From Terriglobia bacterium (GTDB lineage Bacteria > Acidobacteriota > Terriglobia > 20CM-2-55-15): a stretch of DNA of 64,000 nucleotides. Made by a program: the position numbers and the translations under genes. How positions within the stretch are numbered: position 1 is the first letter of the stretch; each line of letters begins with the position of its first letter. This document shows, in pieces, positions 10,791-19,798 of the stretch. The notes below the pieces were generated by a model. It worked only from the letters and a program-made list of their open reading frames with translations. It ran no database searches and was not told the origin of the DNA. Location: NCBI GenBank assembly GCA_963664115.2, contig CAXWPJ010000010.1, positions 384,001-448,000 on the forward strand, in the 5' to 3' direction.

Positions 10791-12121
10791 AGGCGCCCCG
10801 GTCGCTCTTGCCAAACAGTCGCCGCAAGGACAGACTCCCATCCCCGGGGAAGGCAGCATTTCACCCGGAACGCTTCACACTGAGCAATGGCTTGAGGGTC
10901 CTGCTTGCCGAAAACGCCGCATTGCCGGCCATATCTTTGAGCTTAAGTGTTCAGGCCGGCGCTCGCGCTGAGCCCGAAGACCGTGCCGGAACGGCCGTCC
11001 TGCTCAGCCGTTTGCTGGATGAAGGAACCACGAGCCGTTCTTCGTTGGAGATCGCCGAAGCCATCGAGTCCGTGGGCGGGGCCATCGATTGTGACTGCTC
11101 CTACGAACGGGTGTCGGCGTTCCTTGGCGTATTGAGCAAAGACATTGATCTCGGGTTGGCACTCGTCGCCGACATCGTGATGCATCCCGTCCTCGGGGAA
11201 GAGGCTTTGGCCAAAGAGCGCGACCGCGTCCTGGCGGAAATCCGCAGCGCGATGGACCGCCCACAGACCGTAGCGGGATGGGAATTTAATGAGCTGGTCT
11301 ATCGGGATCACCCTCTGCACCGTCCGGTGCACGGTTATCCTCACACGATAGAAAAGATCACCCGTGGAGACCTCCGGGAATTTCATAAACGGCATTTCCA
11401 TTCCAACAACGCCATGGTGTCCGTCGTCGGTGATTTCAAGACACCCGACATGTTGTCCCGATTGGAATCGGCGTTCGGCGGGTGGGAACCCGGCGAGATC
11501 GACAACAGTCGCGAAACTACGCTCGAACGCCAAAGCGATGTGCGCCGAAAGTTTCTGAAGGTGGAGAGCGAACAGGCGCATATCTATTTTGGTCATCTCG
11601 GCGTGCGGCGAACGCATCCGGATTACTATGCCCTGCAGGTTCTCGATACGATTCTGGGCGGGGGGGCCGGTCTCACGGCCCGCATACCGCGCAAGCTACG
11701 GGATGAGCAGGGCCTGGCGTATACGACCTTCGCCAGCATCACCGGGTCGGCCGGCTTGGATCCGGGCAAGTTCCTGGCTTACATGGGAACTTCTCCCGCG
11801 AACATCGGACGGGCGATAGCCGGATTCAAAACCGAAATCCAATCGGTCATTGCCGAAGGCGTGACTTCCGAAGAGTTGGATGACGCCAAAGCATATCTGA
11901 CAGGCAACTTCGTCTTTGCGTTCGAGTCCAATTCGCGAATCGCGCGATTCCTGCTGAGCGCGGAGGTCTTCGGTCTCGGGTTCGACTATGTCGAAAAATA
12001 CCCCGGCTACATCGAAGCCCTCACCTTGGAAGACATCGCTCGGGTCGCGGCCCAGCACTTGAGCACGGAACATTACTCGCTGGTGATTTCCAGCTCGGAA
12101 GATACCGAGGAGTTCGAGTAG
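10787..12121 (+). CDS. M16 peptidase, non-catalytic partner subunit
   Basis: M16 fold without HxxEH; LRDEQGLAY (R/Y pair); TTG start overlaps the upstream TGA. Confidence 0.9.
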   Translation: MKAPRSLLPNSRRKDRLPSPGKAAFHPERFTLSNGLRVLLAENAALPAISLSLSVQAGARAEPEDRAGTAVLLSRLLDEGTTSRSSLEIAEAIESVGGAIDCDCSYERVSAFLGVLSKDIDLGLALVADIVMHPVLGEEALAKERDRVLAEIRSAMDRPQTVAGWEFNELVYRDHPLHRPVHGYPHTIEKITRGDLREFHKRHFHSNNAMVSVVGDFKTPDMLSRLESAFGGWEPGEIDNSRETTLERQSDVRRKFLKVESEQAHIYFGHLGVRRTHPDYYALQVLDTILGGGAGLTARIPRKLRDEQGLAYTTFASITGSAGLDPGKFLAYMGTSPANIGRAIAGFKTEIQSVIAEGVTSEELDDAKAYLTGNFVFAFESNSRIARFLLSAEVFGLGFDYVEKYPGYIEALTLEDIARVAAQHLSTEHYSLVISSSEDTEEFE

Positions 12122-12216
12122 CTGTTTCTGGCGCCCGGGCCTGTCTTTAGGTATTCTTCCCTTCAAGAGCGGGCGCGCGATCGCACACCGGCGGCTCCCG
12201 CACTCAGTACGGAACA

Positions 12217-12651
12217 ATGTTACAAACGCGCATCATCATCGGTAGTTTCCTGCTGTTCGGACTGGCGATGATGGGGTTGTGGTCTGCCGCTTCCCAACCA
12301 CCGCCGGGCAATACGGACCCCCTGGTCTTCATTGAAGCCGAAGCGGACTTTCCCGACTATGTCGAGTTTCCCCGCCTTGGAATTCGGACAGGTAGCAATT
12401 TTGTGGGCCATAGAATTCAGGTGATCGAAGGGACGATCAGTAACGTCAGCGAACAAACCCTGCGTTCGGTCGAGTTGAACCTGTCGTTCAACGGCTACGA
12501 CGGGGAGGTCGTGCTGGAGTCTCCCGAGTAGGGCCTGCGTTCACCGCTTCCAGCTGGCGAGGACAGGCGCTACAGCTTTCGCTTCGAAAACCTTCCCGAG
12601 GGCTGGAACTACCGCGTTCCCGACGTCGATATTGTCCGAATCGGATACTGA
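12217..12651 (+). pseudogene. Secreted FxLYD-like Ig-fold protein with an in-frame TAG at 12529-12531
   Basis: IEGTISNVSEQTLRSVELNLSFNGYDG. The frame continues past TAG as GLRSPLPAGEDRRYSFRFENLPEGWNYRVPDVDIVRIGY* to 12651. Confidence 0.65.
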
Positions 12652-12906
12652 TCCAATGCGAAACTTACTAAGTTTCAGGATCGGAGCGGGCCACAGGCTT
12701 CGATCTCGTCTTCGACGTGACGGCGACCCCGCCTTTCAATGTTGCTGCCCCTATGCTGAGGCGCCACACCATGCGGTCGTTCTGCATCCCAATTCCTAAA
12801 TCCTGTTCACAGTTGAAAGTTTTCTTGCGTACAAAATCTGGCTGCAGTTATCTTGACGCTATTGTTCCACCCACAGCGTGACTCTCTATCGACGGAAAAA
12901 ACCTTG

Positions 12907-13899
12907 ATGATACGGAAAAGTCGGGTTGTTTGGCTGATCCCCTTCCTGTTCGTGGCCTGTGGTGGGCCCCCGAACGAAACGGCCACAAGTCCGCTTACAC
13001 AAATTGACCCGGCCGACGCCGAGGCCCAGTACAACCTGGCTCTGAGGTATTACGATGGCGAGAGCGGGGCGGCCGATTACGGCGCGGCGCGGGTGTGGTA
13101 TGAGAGGGCAGCCGCACAGGACTATGCCCCCGCGCAGTACAACCTGGCTTTGATGTACTACGACGGCGAAGGTGGGACCCGGGACTACAGTGTGGCGCGG
13201 CGATGGTATGAGAGAGCAGCCGAACAAGGATATGCTCCTGCGCAGCTCAACCTGGCTTTGATGCATTACGACGGCGAAGGTGGGACCGCCGACCATAGCG
13301 CGGCGCGCAGCTGGTATGAGAGCGCGGCCAAACAGGGACATCCCGATGCCCAATTCCTGTTGGCGCTGATGTATCACGAGGGCGAAGGCGGGGCCGTCGA
13401 CCACAGTGCGGCGCGGGCGTGGCATGAGAGTGCGGCCCGACAGGGCTATGCGACCGCGCAGTTCAATCTGGCGTTGATGCATTACACCGGCGAGGGCGGA
13501 GCTGCCGACTACAACGCGGCGCGGGCGTGGTACGAGAGAGCAGCCCAACAGAGGTATGCCCCGGCGCAGTTCAATCTGGCGCTGATGTACTACGCGGGCG
13601 AAGGTGGAGCCGTCGACTACAGTGTGGCGCGGACATGGTATGAGAGTGCGGCCCGTCAGGGGTATGCGCCGGCGCAGTTGAGTGTGGCGTTAATGTATTA
13701 CAACGGGGAGGGTGGGCCACCGGACGTCACTTTGGCCTATGCGTGGTTCCATGCTGCAGCTGAGCAAGGTGAGGCAGACGCGGCTGAATACCGGGAAAGT
13801 TTAGACGCAGCCTCTGAGTGGCCCAACGGCACCTCTCTCACAGAAGCTCAGCAGCTTGCAGACATGTACTATCAGACGTACGTGGAGCCATTTAATTGA
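12907..13899 (+). CDS. Sel1-repeat lipoprotein
   Basis: Lipobox LFVAC; about seven 36-aa repeats AQ(Y/F)NLALMYYxGEGGxxDYxxARxWYExAAxQG (108-bp DNA period). Confidence 0.92.
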   Translation: MIRKSRVVWLIPFLFVACGGPPNETATSPLTQIDPADAEAQYNLALRYYDGESGAADYGAARVWYERAAAQDYAPAQYNLALMYYDGEGGTRDYSVARRWYERAAEQGYAPAQLNLALMHYDGEGGTADHSAARSWYESAAKQGHPDAQFLLALMYHEGEGGAVDHSAARAWHESAARQGYATAQFNLALMHYTGEGGAADYNAARAWYERAAQQRYAPAQFNLALMYYAGEGGAVDYSVARTWYESAARQGYAPAQLSVALMYYNGEGGPPDVTLAYAWFHAAAEQGEADAAEYRESLDAASEWPNGTSLTEAQQLADMYYQTYVEPFN

Positions 13900-14068
13900 T
13901 CGGGGCATGGGGCTATTTCGTTAGCAATTTTCCTGCGGCAGGGAGAGCCTCCAGCTTGGGACGGGGGTGTCGTCAGGACATGAGCTTCTGATTGCGCAGA
14001 ACTCCTGCCTTTTAGTATCGTTTGTGGACGCTTGATTCCGGTCCGCCGTTTTACTAAGGACGTTCTTT

Positions 14069-14567
14069 GTGAGTCTGAACATTGGCAAGCTTTCTTTGAT
14101 GCTGAGCATGAGTGTGGGGCTATTGATGGCTGCCGGTTGCGGGGGTGGCTCGTCCCCTGAACCCGCTAACGACATTGCCGCTGAACCGTCACCCGCACCC
14201 GCCGCATCCACCGTCATCTTGGACGGCCTGATGTGGACAGCCGAAGATAACGGGCAGGACATCGATTGGAACAACTCGAGTGCCTACTGCGAGGAGTTGA
14301 CGCTGGACGGATTTACCGACTGGGGGCTGGCGACCGTGTCCCAGCTGGAGTCCCTGTACGATCCGACCGAAAGTTACATCCCGGAAGGCGGGGGGGGCTC
14401 CTGTGAACGTCAAGAATCCGATTCAGTTGACCTCTGACTCGGTCTGGAGTTCGGAGCGATCCGGTACGGGTTCCGCGTGGTATTTCTTTTTCGCCAGGGG
14501 CTACCGGAACTCGCTCCAGCTCATCAACCCCAGCGGCGGACGGGTGTTGTGCGTGCGTGTTCCCTGA
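14069..14567 (+). pseudogene. DUF1566 (Lcl-domain) lipoprotein, frameshifted in a G8 run at 14390-14397
   Basis: Lipobox AAGC, GLMW, YCEELTLDGFTDW. Removing one G gives VWSSERSGTGSAWYFFF...RVLCVRVP*, the typical DUF1566 end. Confidence 0.8.
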
Positions 14568-14668
14568 GTAACGAGAGGATCATTTTCGCTTCCGATAATG
14601 CCGTTAGGGGTTCTGAAAATAGCAGAAATACATCGTATATTTTGTCTTCTATGAGGGAGTAACAGCTT

Positions 14669-15745
14669 ATGAAACGCAACTTGCTGATGGGGTTATTTGG
14701 GTTGATGCTTTTGGCCGGTTCAATGGCCGCGGAAGTGGATGCCCAGATCCCTTCGATCGAAGAATTGGCCCAACTCCATGTGGCCCGTGCACGGGACGCG
14801 GCCTACGAGCCGGGATTTGATTTTACCTACATTTTCGACGGTCTTTGCCGAAAGCCCAGTCCCGCACAGCTTGCCGCTTCCGCGCAGCCAACCGCCACTC
14901 CGGTCCGCGCAGCCAACCGCCATCCGGCCAACCAGCCCGCTGGCCGAAGCACGGTCCCGCCGAGGGAAGAATGGCATCTGGAACCCGCCAAGATATTCGA
15001 CAACCTTTACTTCTTGGGGAGCGTCAACGACTCGGCCTGGGCGGTCACCACATCCGAGGGCATCATCATTGTCGATTCCACCGTGGAGTTCGCCGTCGAA
15101 GGACAGATTGTTGAAGGTCTCCGGGCCTTTGGTCTGGATCCCGCTGATATCCGCTACGTGGTTCTAAGCCACGCACATGGCGATCGCTATTTTGGAGCGA
15201 AGCATCTCCAGGACACTTACAACGCCCGCGTTATCATGTCGGGGGCCGACTGGGTTACAGTTGCCGACAGCAACGAGCCCGACGAACTCAAGCCCAGGAA
15301 AGACATGGTCGCCACCGACGGGATGAAGCTTACGCTGGGTGATACCACGCTTACGCTCAACCTTACGCCCGGGCACACTCCGGGGACGATTTCGACGCTG
15401 ATTCCGTTGAAGGATGGCAACGAAACCCATGTGGGTAGCATCTGGGGCGGGAACGCATTTGGCTACGAACGTTACGGGCTCCGTTACTTTCCGACGCAAT
15501 CCGACGCCATAAGAACCTGGAGAGACTCTTCCAGGCGCTACATGGAAATCGCGAAAGAGGCTGGTGCCGATACCTATCTGTCGATCCATCCGCACCATGA
15601 CCTGACCCCGGCCAAGATCAACGCCCTGCGGTTTCGCATGCCGGGTGACCCGCATCCTTTCGTCAGTGCTGACGCCGTCCAGAACCATCTGACGGTCAGC
15701 ACCGAATGCATGGAAGCACAGTTGGCCTGGAGAAACGGCCAGTAG
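14669..15745 (+). CDS. Secreted MBL-fold metallo-hydrolase (subclass B3-like)
   Basis: Signal peptide, KIFDNLYFLG, SHAHGDR, TPGHTPG, C-terminal HPF. Confidence 0.88.
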   Translation: MKRNLLMGLFGLMLLAGSMAAEVDAQIPSIEELAQLHVARARDAAYEPGFDFTYIFDGLCRKPSPAQLAASAQPTATPVRAANRHPANQPAGRSTVPPREEWHLEPAKIFDNLYFLGSVNDSAWAVTTSEGIIIVDSTVEFAVEGQIVEGLRAFGLDPADIRYVVLSHAHGDRYFGAKHLQDTYNARVIMSGADWVTVADSNEPDELKPRKDMVATDGMKLTLGDTTLTLNLTPGHTPGTISTLIPLKDGNETHVGSIWGGNAFGYERYGLRYFPTQSDAIRTWRDSSRRYMEIAKEAGADTYLSIHPHHDLTPAKINALRFRMPGDPHPFVSADAVQNHLTVSTECMEAQLAWRNGQ

Positions 15746-16013
15746 TCGAGTGGCTGTCGATCGCGGACGCATAGGGCGACCCCTCAGGCGGACTGACTGA
15801 CATCGTCCTGAACTGATTTCAATTCTTGAATTACTGGCCGAAGGGGCGCCGGTGACGTAAATAGGCCGGCGCCGTAATTCAAGGAGAAAGCGATGCGTTG
15901 GCGTGGACAGTGCCATCGAATCGATTCCAGAAGAGTCAGCCGCGGACGGACTGAACGTGACGCGACACCGCACGTTTGAATTACCGCGACCAATAGCTTC
16001 GTCCTAGATGTGA

Positions 16014-17160
16014 TCAGCTAAGAGTCGTTGTTGGCATAAGGAGGAGTTTCTTATTCTCTGCTGCTTTTCGCCAATCTTTGCTGTCGTGTGCAAGTTTGGC
16101 TTCCTCAAGTATCGGATAACCCCGCTCACGTTCCCATTGATCAAAGTCCAGCGGGCGGGTCAGCATCATCCGCACTGCGAAGGCAAGCGCCTGCGCTTTG
16201 GTTCCCTTGGCCAATTTGGGATGGATCAGCGACGGATCGTTCAAATAGCGTCGCGTGATGCTCTCAAACGACTCCGGCTTCTGGCCCGTGATGGCTTCGA
16301 CGTGATCGGTAGGTGCGCCGATCTCATAAGCGCCGTTCCGAATTTCCTCGGTGTAATAACGCAACTGAGCGACCTCGAAATCAGGGAAACCGAGGGCCTT
16401 TGCCGCCTTGGCGAATGACTTGAACGCTCGAAATCAGGGAAACCGAGGGCCATGCCGCCTTGGCGAATGACTTGAACGGCGTGTCCTGATACTTCACTTT
16501 CCTTCCCACGACATTGCTCAGGATGCTCGCGATATCACTCGACGAAAGCAGCTCGGGACCTGTCGGCCGATAGCTTTTGCCAATGTGGGGGCGCGGGTCG
16601 CTCAGCACGCCAACGGCGACGCGGGCGATGTCCTCATTGGAAGGAGGCGCGTTTCTGCCGTCTCCGAAGGGAGCGGAAAGGATCCCCAGGTGCATGATGG
16701 CCGGCCGGCCGAGCAGGTAGATGAACGCGAATATGCCGGGATTGACATGCACAACGTCCACGGAAGGCATCCAGCGGTACAGCTGATTGGCCATCCAGTG
16801 TTCGCGGCTCACGATCGATGGATGCGTCGGATGTGGGTTCCAGCCGCTCATCAGTGCGACGACTTCGAGTTTCGCTTCTTCGGCGGCCAGCGCGAACAAT
16901 GCGGCACCGTTCAGAAGAGTGGGTGCGAAAGGCGGGCAATGGTAAGCCCTCTGGACGCCGGTGAGGGACTTTCTGAGGTCGCGAAGGTCGAATAGATCGC
17001 CTACGAAAATTTCGGCTCCTGCGCTTTCCAGGGCTTTGCTGCGAGCATCACGCCGGCGAACAAACGCACGAACGGGAAATCCCTTTTCCCGCAATCGCAA
17101 CACGGCGGCAGCTCCGGTACGTCCAGCCGCCGAGGTCACCAGAATCTTGGGTTGAGTCAT
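16014..17160 (-). pseudogene. NmrA-family NAD(P)-binding protein split by an internal tandem duplication
   Basis: ILVTSAAGRTG Rossmann start. Removing the 52-bp duplicated copy restores one frame (...FKSFAKAAKALGFPDFEVAQLRYYTEE...). Confidence 0.8.
16374..16478. repeat. Imperfect tandem duplication, 53 + 52 bp
   Basis: CTCGAAATCAGGGAAACCGAGGGCC(TT/A)TGCCGCCTTGGCGAATGACTTGAACG occurs twice. Confidence 0.95.
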
Positions 17161-17212
17161 AACACTCTCCTTTTTGATGTGAGATCGTTGGTTTCTTTTT
17201 TCAAGTGAGGCC

Positions 17213-18553
17213 TTAAGAGGGGAAGCATTTTCCGAATGCCAGGAGGAACTTCGGGGAGCCCCGGAACCTGATCTTCCGCGTCAGCAGGGCCCATGCAAGA
17301 TTGCGTTCTTTGGCAAGAAAGCCCAGCCAGGTGTCCCCATCGGTGATAAGACGCAGGTCAGCCTGTCCCCTGTGCCCTTCTTCTATTCGCAGAGTCTTGT
17401 TTCGAATGACGACGGTCGCCTTCCTTTCCTCTTCCCCGGTGAACCTGAAGTGATACGTGGCGTCGAGTCCTTTAGACCGTTCTCTTTGAAACACCAGCGG
17501 CAGACCCGTGAGGAATTGATCGATTGACCGTGGATGGAGGCTGCCCCCGACGCGCTTGATTTCCTTGTGGGGGAAGCGACGCGCTGCATGCGCTTCAGCA
17601 TCCGACCCGGCAACGACATAGAGCTCTTCTTCCTTGTCCTGAAGCGGTTTGACTACGTCGCTGAGGAAGCCTTTTCGGTCGTTGAGGAAGGGCGTGATCA
17701 CGTCGTCACCCGCTGGGCACACCGCCATGCAGTAGGCCGCCTTGTAGTTGGCCCCGAAAGACAGGCTCTGCCACATCGAGGCCGACGCGGCGTCGCTCAC
17801 CTTCGTCCGGTAATCGCGGGCGTCCTTGCTGTCGGCTACCTGCTCGACCCAGTCCGTGAATCCGCCCATGAATTCCCGATAGTTATGCGTGTAGCACGCT
17901 GAGAAATTGAAGTGTCCGTCAGGCGAAATCGCGCCGACCGGGCAGGCCGCGACACACAGTTTGCATTCCAGGCAGGGGTTGTAATCGATGGGTTGGCTCG
18001 ATTCGGTGACCTCGGCGTCGGTGAGAACGGTTCCGAGGAGGACGAAGTTGCCAAACTTGGGATGGATCAGGTTTCGGTGAATCCCGATCTTGCCAAGGCC
18101 GGCTGCCGCGGCGACGGGTTTGTGTGAGACGACCCAGACTTTGCCGGGGAAACGATCCATCTCCATTGGGAATCCCATCGAAGGATTGATCGCCCGGATC
18201 CCTTCGTTCTCCAGTTCCCGGACGATCCTGCGCGAAATCTCGTTGACCGTGTCTCCCGCATGGTGGAATTCCAGATTGGCCACGGAACGGGCCGTGCTCC
18301 GGATCGGCTCCCGACTCATTCGGCAGACGAAACTGATCAGTGTTCGGGTGTGAGGGAAGTAACTGAGAATATCGTCCCGTTGGTCGTCGATTTCCCGACG
18401 AGCGATTGCGACAAAACCAACGTCGTCCGCACCAAACTGCAGACACAAATCCCGGAGCCGATCTGCATCGAGTTGCTTTGGGCCCGCGGGTTTTGGTTCA
18501 GTGGCTTCCGTTGTCTGATGACGCTTCACTGTGGGGTGCTCGGCGAGTCTCAT
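17213..18553 (-). CDS. Double [4Fe-4S] protein (QueG/reductive dehalogenase-like) with C-terminal SCP2 domain
   Basis: GADDVGF, SHKPVAAAAGLG, CLECKLCVAACP and CMAVCP; SCP2-like tail (TYHFRFTG...LLTRKIRFRG). Confidence 0.85.
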   Translation of the reverse strand: MRLAEHPTVKRHQTTEATEPKPAGPKQLDADRLRDLCLQFGADDVGFVAIARREIDDQRDDILSYFPHTRTLISFVCRMSREPIRSTARSVANLEFHHAGDTVNEISRRIVRELENEGIRAINPSMGFPMEMDRFPGKVWVVSHKPVAAAAGLGKIGIHRNLIHPKFGNFVLLGTVLTDAEVTESSQPIDYNPCLECKLCVAACPVGAISPDGHFNFSACYTHNYREFMGGFTDWVEQVADSKDARDYRTKVSDAASASMWQSLSFGANYKAAYCMAVCPAGDDVITPFLNDRKGFLSDVVKPLQDKEEELYVVAGSDAEAHAARRFPHKEIKRVGGSLHPRSIDQFLTGLPLVFQRERSKGLDATYHFRFTGEEERKATVVIRNKTLRIEEGHRGQADLRLITDGDTWLGFLAKERNLAWALLTRKIRFRGSPKFLLAFGKCFPS

Positions 18554-18616
18554 AGGAATGTCCTCACTGTATGTATATACAAGTAGGTGGATCAAAAAAA
18601 ATTCGCATTGACGTCT

Positions 18617-19066
18617 TCATGCGGCCCTCCGAACATTTTCGATGGCCTCTAGAAGGCTTGTCACACCCGCTGGGCCGAGAAGTTCTTTCGCCTTTATCTG
18701 GGCTTCTTCCCAAGCCGGGCTGGCCTTTTCGAGGAGCTTAGAGCCCTTCCGGCTGAGGCGAATCTGTCGGGCGCGCGCGTCCTCCTCGTCTGCGACCACC
18801 TTGAGCCAGCCGGCGGCCTTCATCCGGTCGACGTTCCGGCTTACCGTCGACATGTCCATCTTTAGCCGGGAGCAGATCTCCGCCGGGCGAACCACGCCGA
18901 GCCGGGCTGTCACGACCAGAATGTTCATTTGGCTTGTCTTGAGCCCCAACGGTCGTAGCGCTTCATCATAGATCTTCGTGATGACGCGGCTCAGAATCCG
19001 AACACGAACGGCAATACACTCTCGGGCGATGATATCTGGAGTGGTTTTGGTCTTCTGTGAACTCAT
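18617..19066 (-). CDS. MarR-family transcriptional regulator
   Basis: YDEALRPLGLKTSQMNIL, MDMSTVSRNVDRM, DARARQIRLS. Confidence 0.9.
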   Translation of the reverse strand: MSSQKTKTTPDIIARECIAVRVRILSRVITKIYDEALRPLGLKTSQMNILVVTARLGVVRPAEICSRLKMDMSTVSRNVDRMKAAGWLKVVADEEDARARQIRLSRKGSKLLEKASPAWEEAQIKAKELLGPAGVTSLLEAIENVRRAA

Positions 19067-19137
19067 TGTTCCATTATTTGTATATGCAACTATTGTGCCT
19101 GTCAACAAAAAAGTTTGATGATCTTAAAACTTATGTT

Positions 19138-19510
19138 CCTTCTGGAGGAAGGAAACCGAAACCGTCATCAACGCGCTGATCGAACACGCAGACAAACTCC
19201 CGACCGAACTCTATAAAACACTGACCTGGGATCGCGGATTGGAAATGGCCAATCACAAACGGTTCACTCTGGCCACCGACATTGCCGTTTACTTTTGCGA
19301 TCCGAGGAGTCCCTGGCAACGGGGTTCGAACGAAAACACGAACGGTTTGCTCCGACAGTATTTCCCTAAAGGTACGGACTTGTCGGTTCACTCACAGGAG
19401 CATTTGGATATGATCGCAAGGAAGCTCAACGGGCGACCTCGTGAGACGCTGGACTTCGCTAATCCGGCAGAGACATTAAACGCAGGTGTTGCATCGACCG
19501 GTTGATCTGA
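19138..19510 (+). pseudogene. IS30-family transposase, 3' remnant
   Basis: TLTWDRGLEMANH, VYFCDPRSPWQRGSNENTNGLLRQYFPKGTDLS, LNGRPRETL; no 5' part. Confidence 0.9.
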
Positions 19511-19565
19511 ATTCGTTTCTCAGGACTTGAGAATTTGATAGCGCCTAACTCACTCCTCTAGTATC
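19511..19565 (+). promoter_or_regulatory. Inverted array half-site followed by the conserved sigma70-like promoter
   Basis: TTTCTCAGGACTTGAGAAT (19516-19534) is the exact reverse complement of 22434-22452. It is followed by TAGCGC-17 bp-TATCGT. Confidence 0.7.
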
Positions 19566-19609
19566 GTTTACTCAACTTTTCACAGTTCGTTTCGACGCAC
19601 ACTAAAACG

Positions 19610-19757
19610 ATGGAATCAGGCACCAAACTTGGCCACTCCGAGATCTCAACTCTCTATAGGTAAGGGTGGAATGGGTGAAGTCTGGCGTGCACGGGATACG
19701 AAACTGGGCCGTGAAGTTGCTATAAAGACTTTGCCTGAAGAGTTTGCGAAGGATGAT
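19610..19757 (+). pseudogene. Ser/Thr protein kinase, N-terminal remnant
   Basis: [15 protein letters not shown] / [33 protein letters not shown], with one frameshift. Gly-rich loop and VAIK lysine are present, then the homology stops. Confidence 0.85.
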
Positions 19758-19798
19758 CCTGTCGCCCCACCGGCTTCTCGGACACCCAAATAACGAAC

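Noticed and set aside
12529-12531. Pyrrolysine or genetic-code reassignment
   Set aside because: No pyl genes are present and many genes in the window terminate at TAG.
13015-13770. 108-bp periodic DNA as a repeat array
   Set aside because: Fully explained by Sel1 protein repeats.
15798-15830. Another kinase C-terminal stub (IVLN*FQ)
   Set aside because: Too short and degenerate, and no array site follows.
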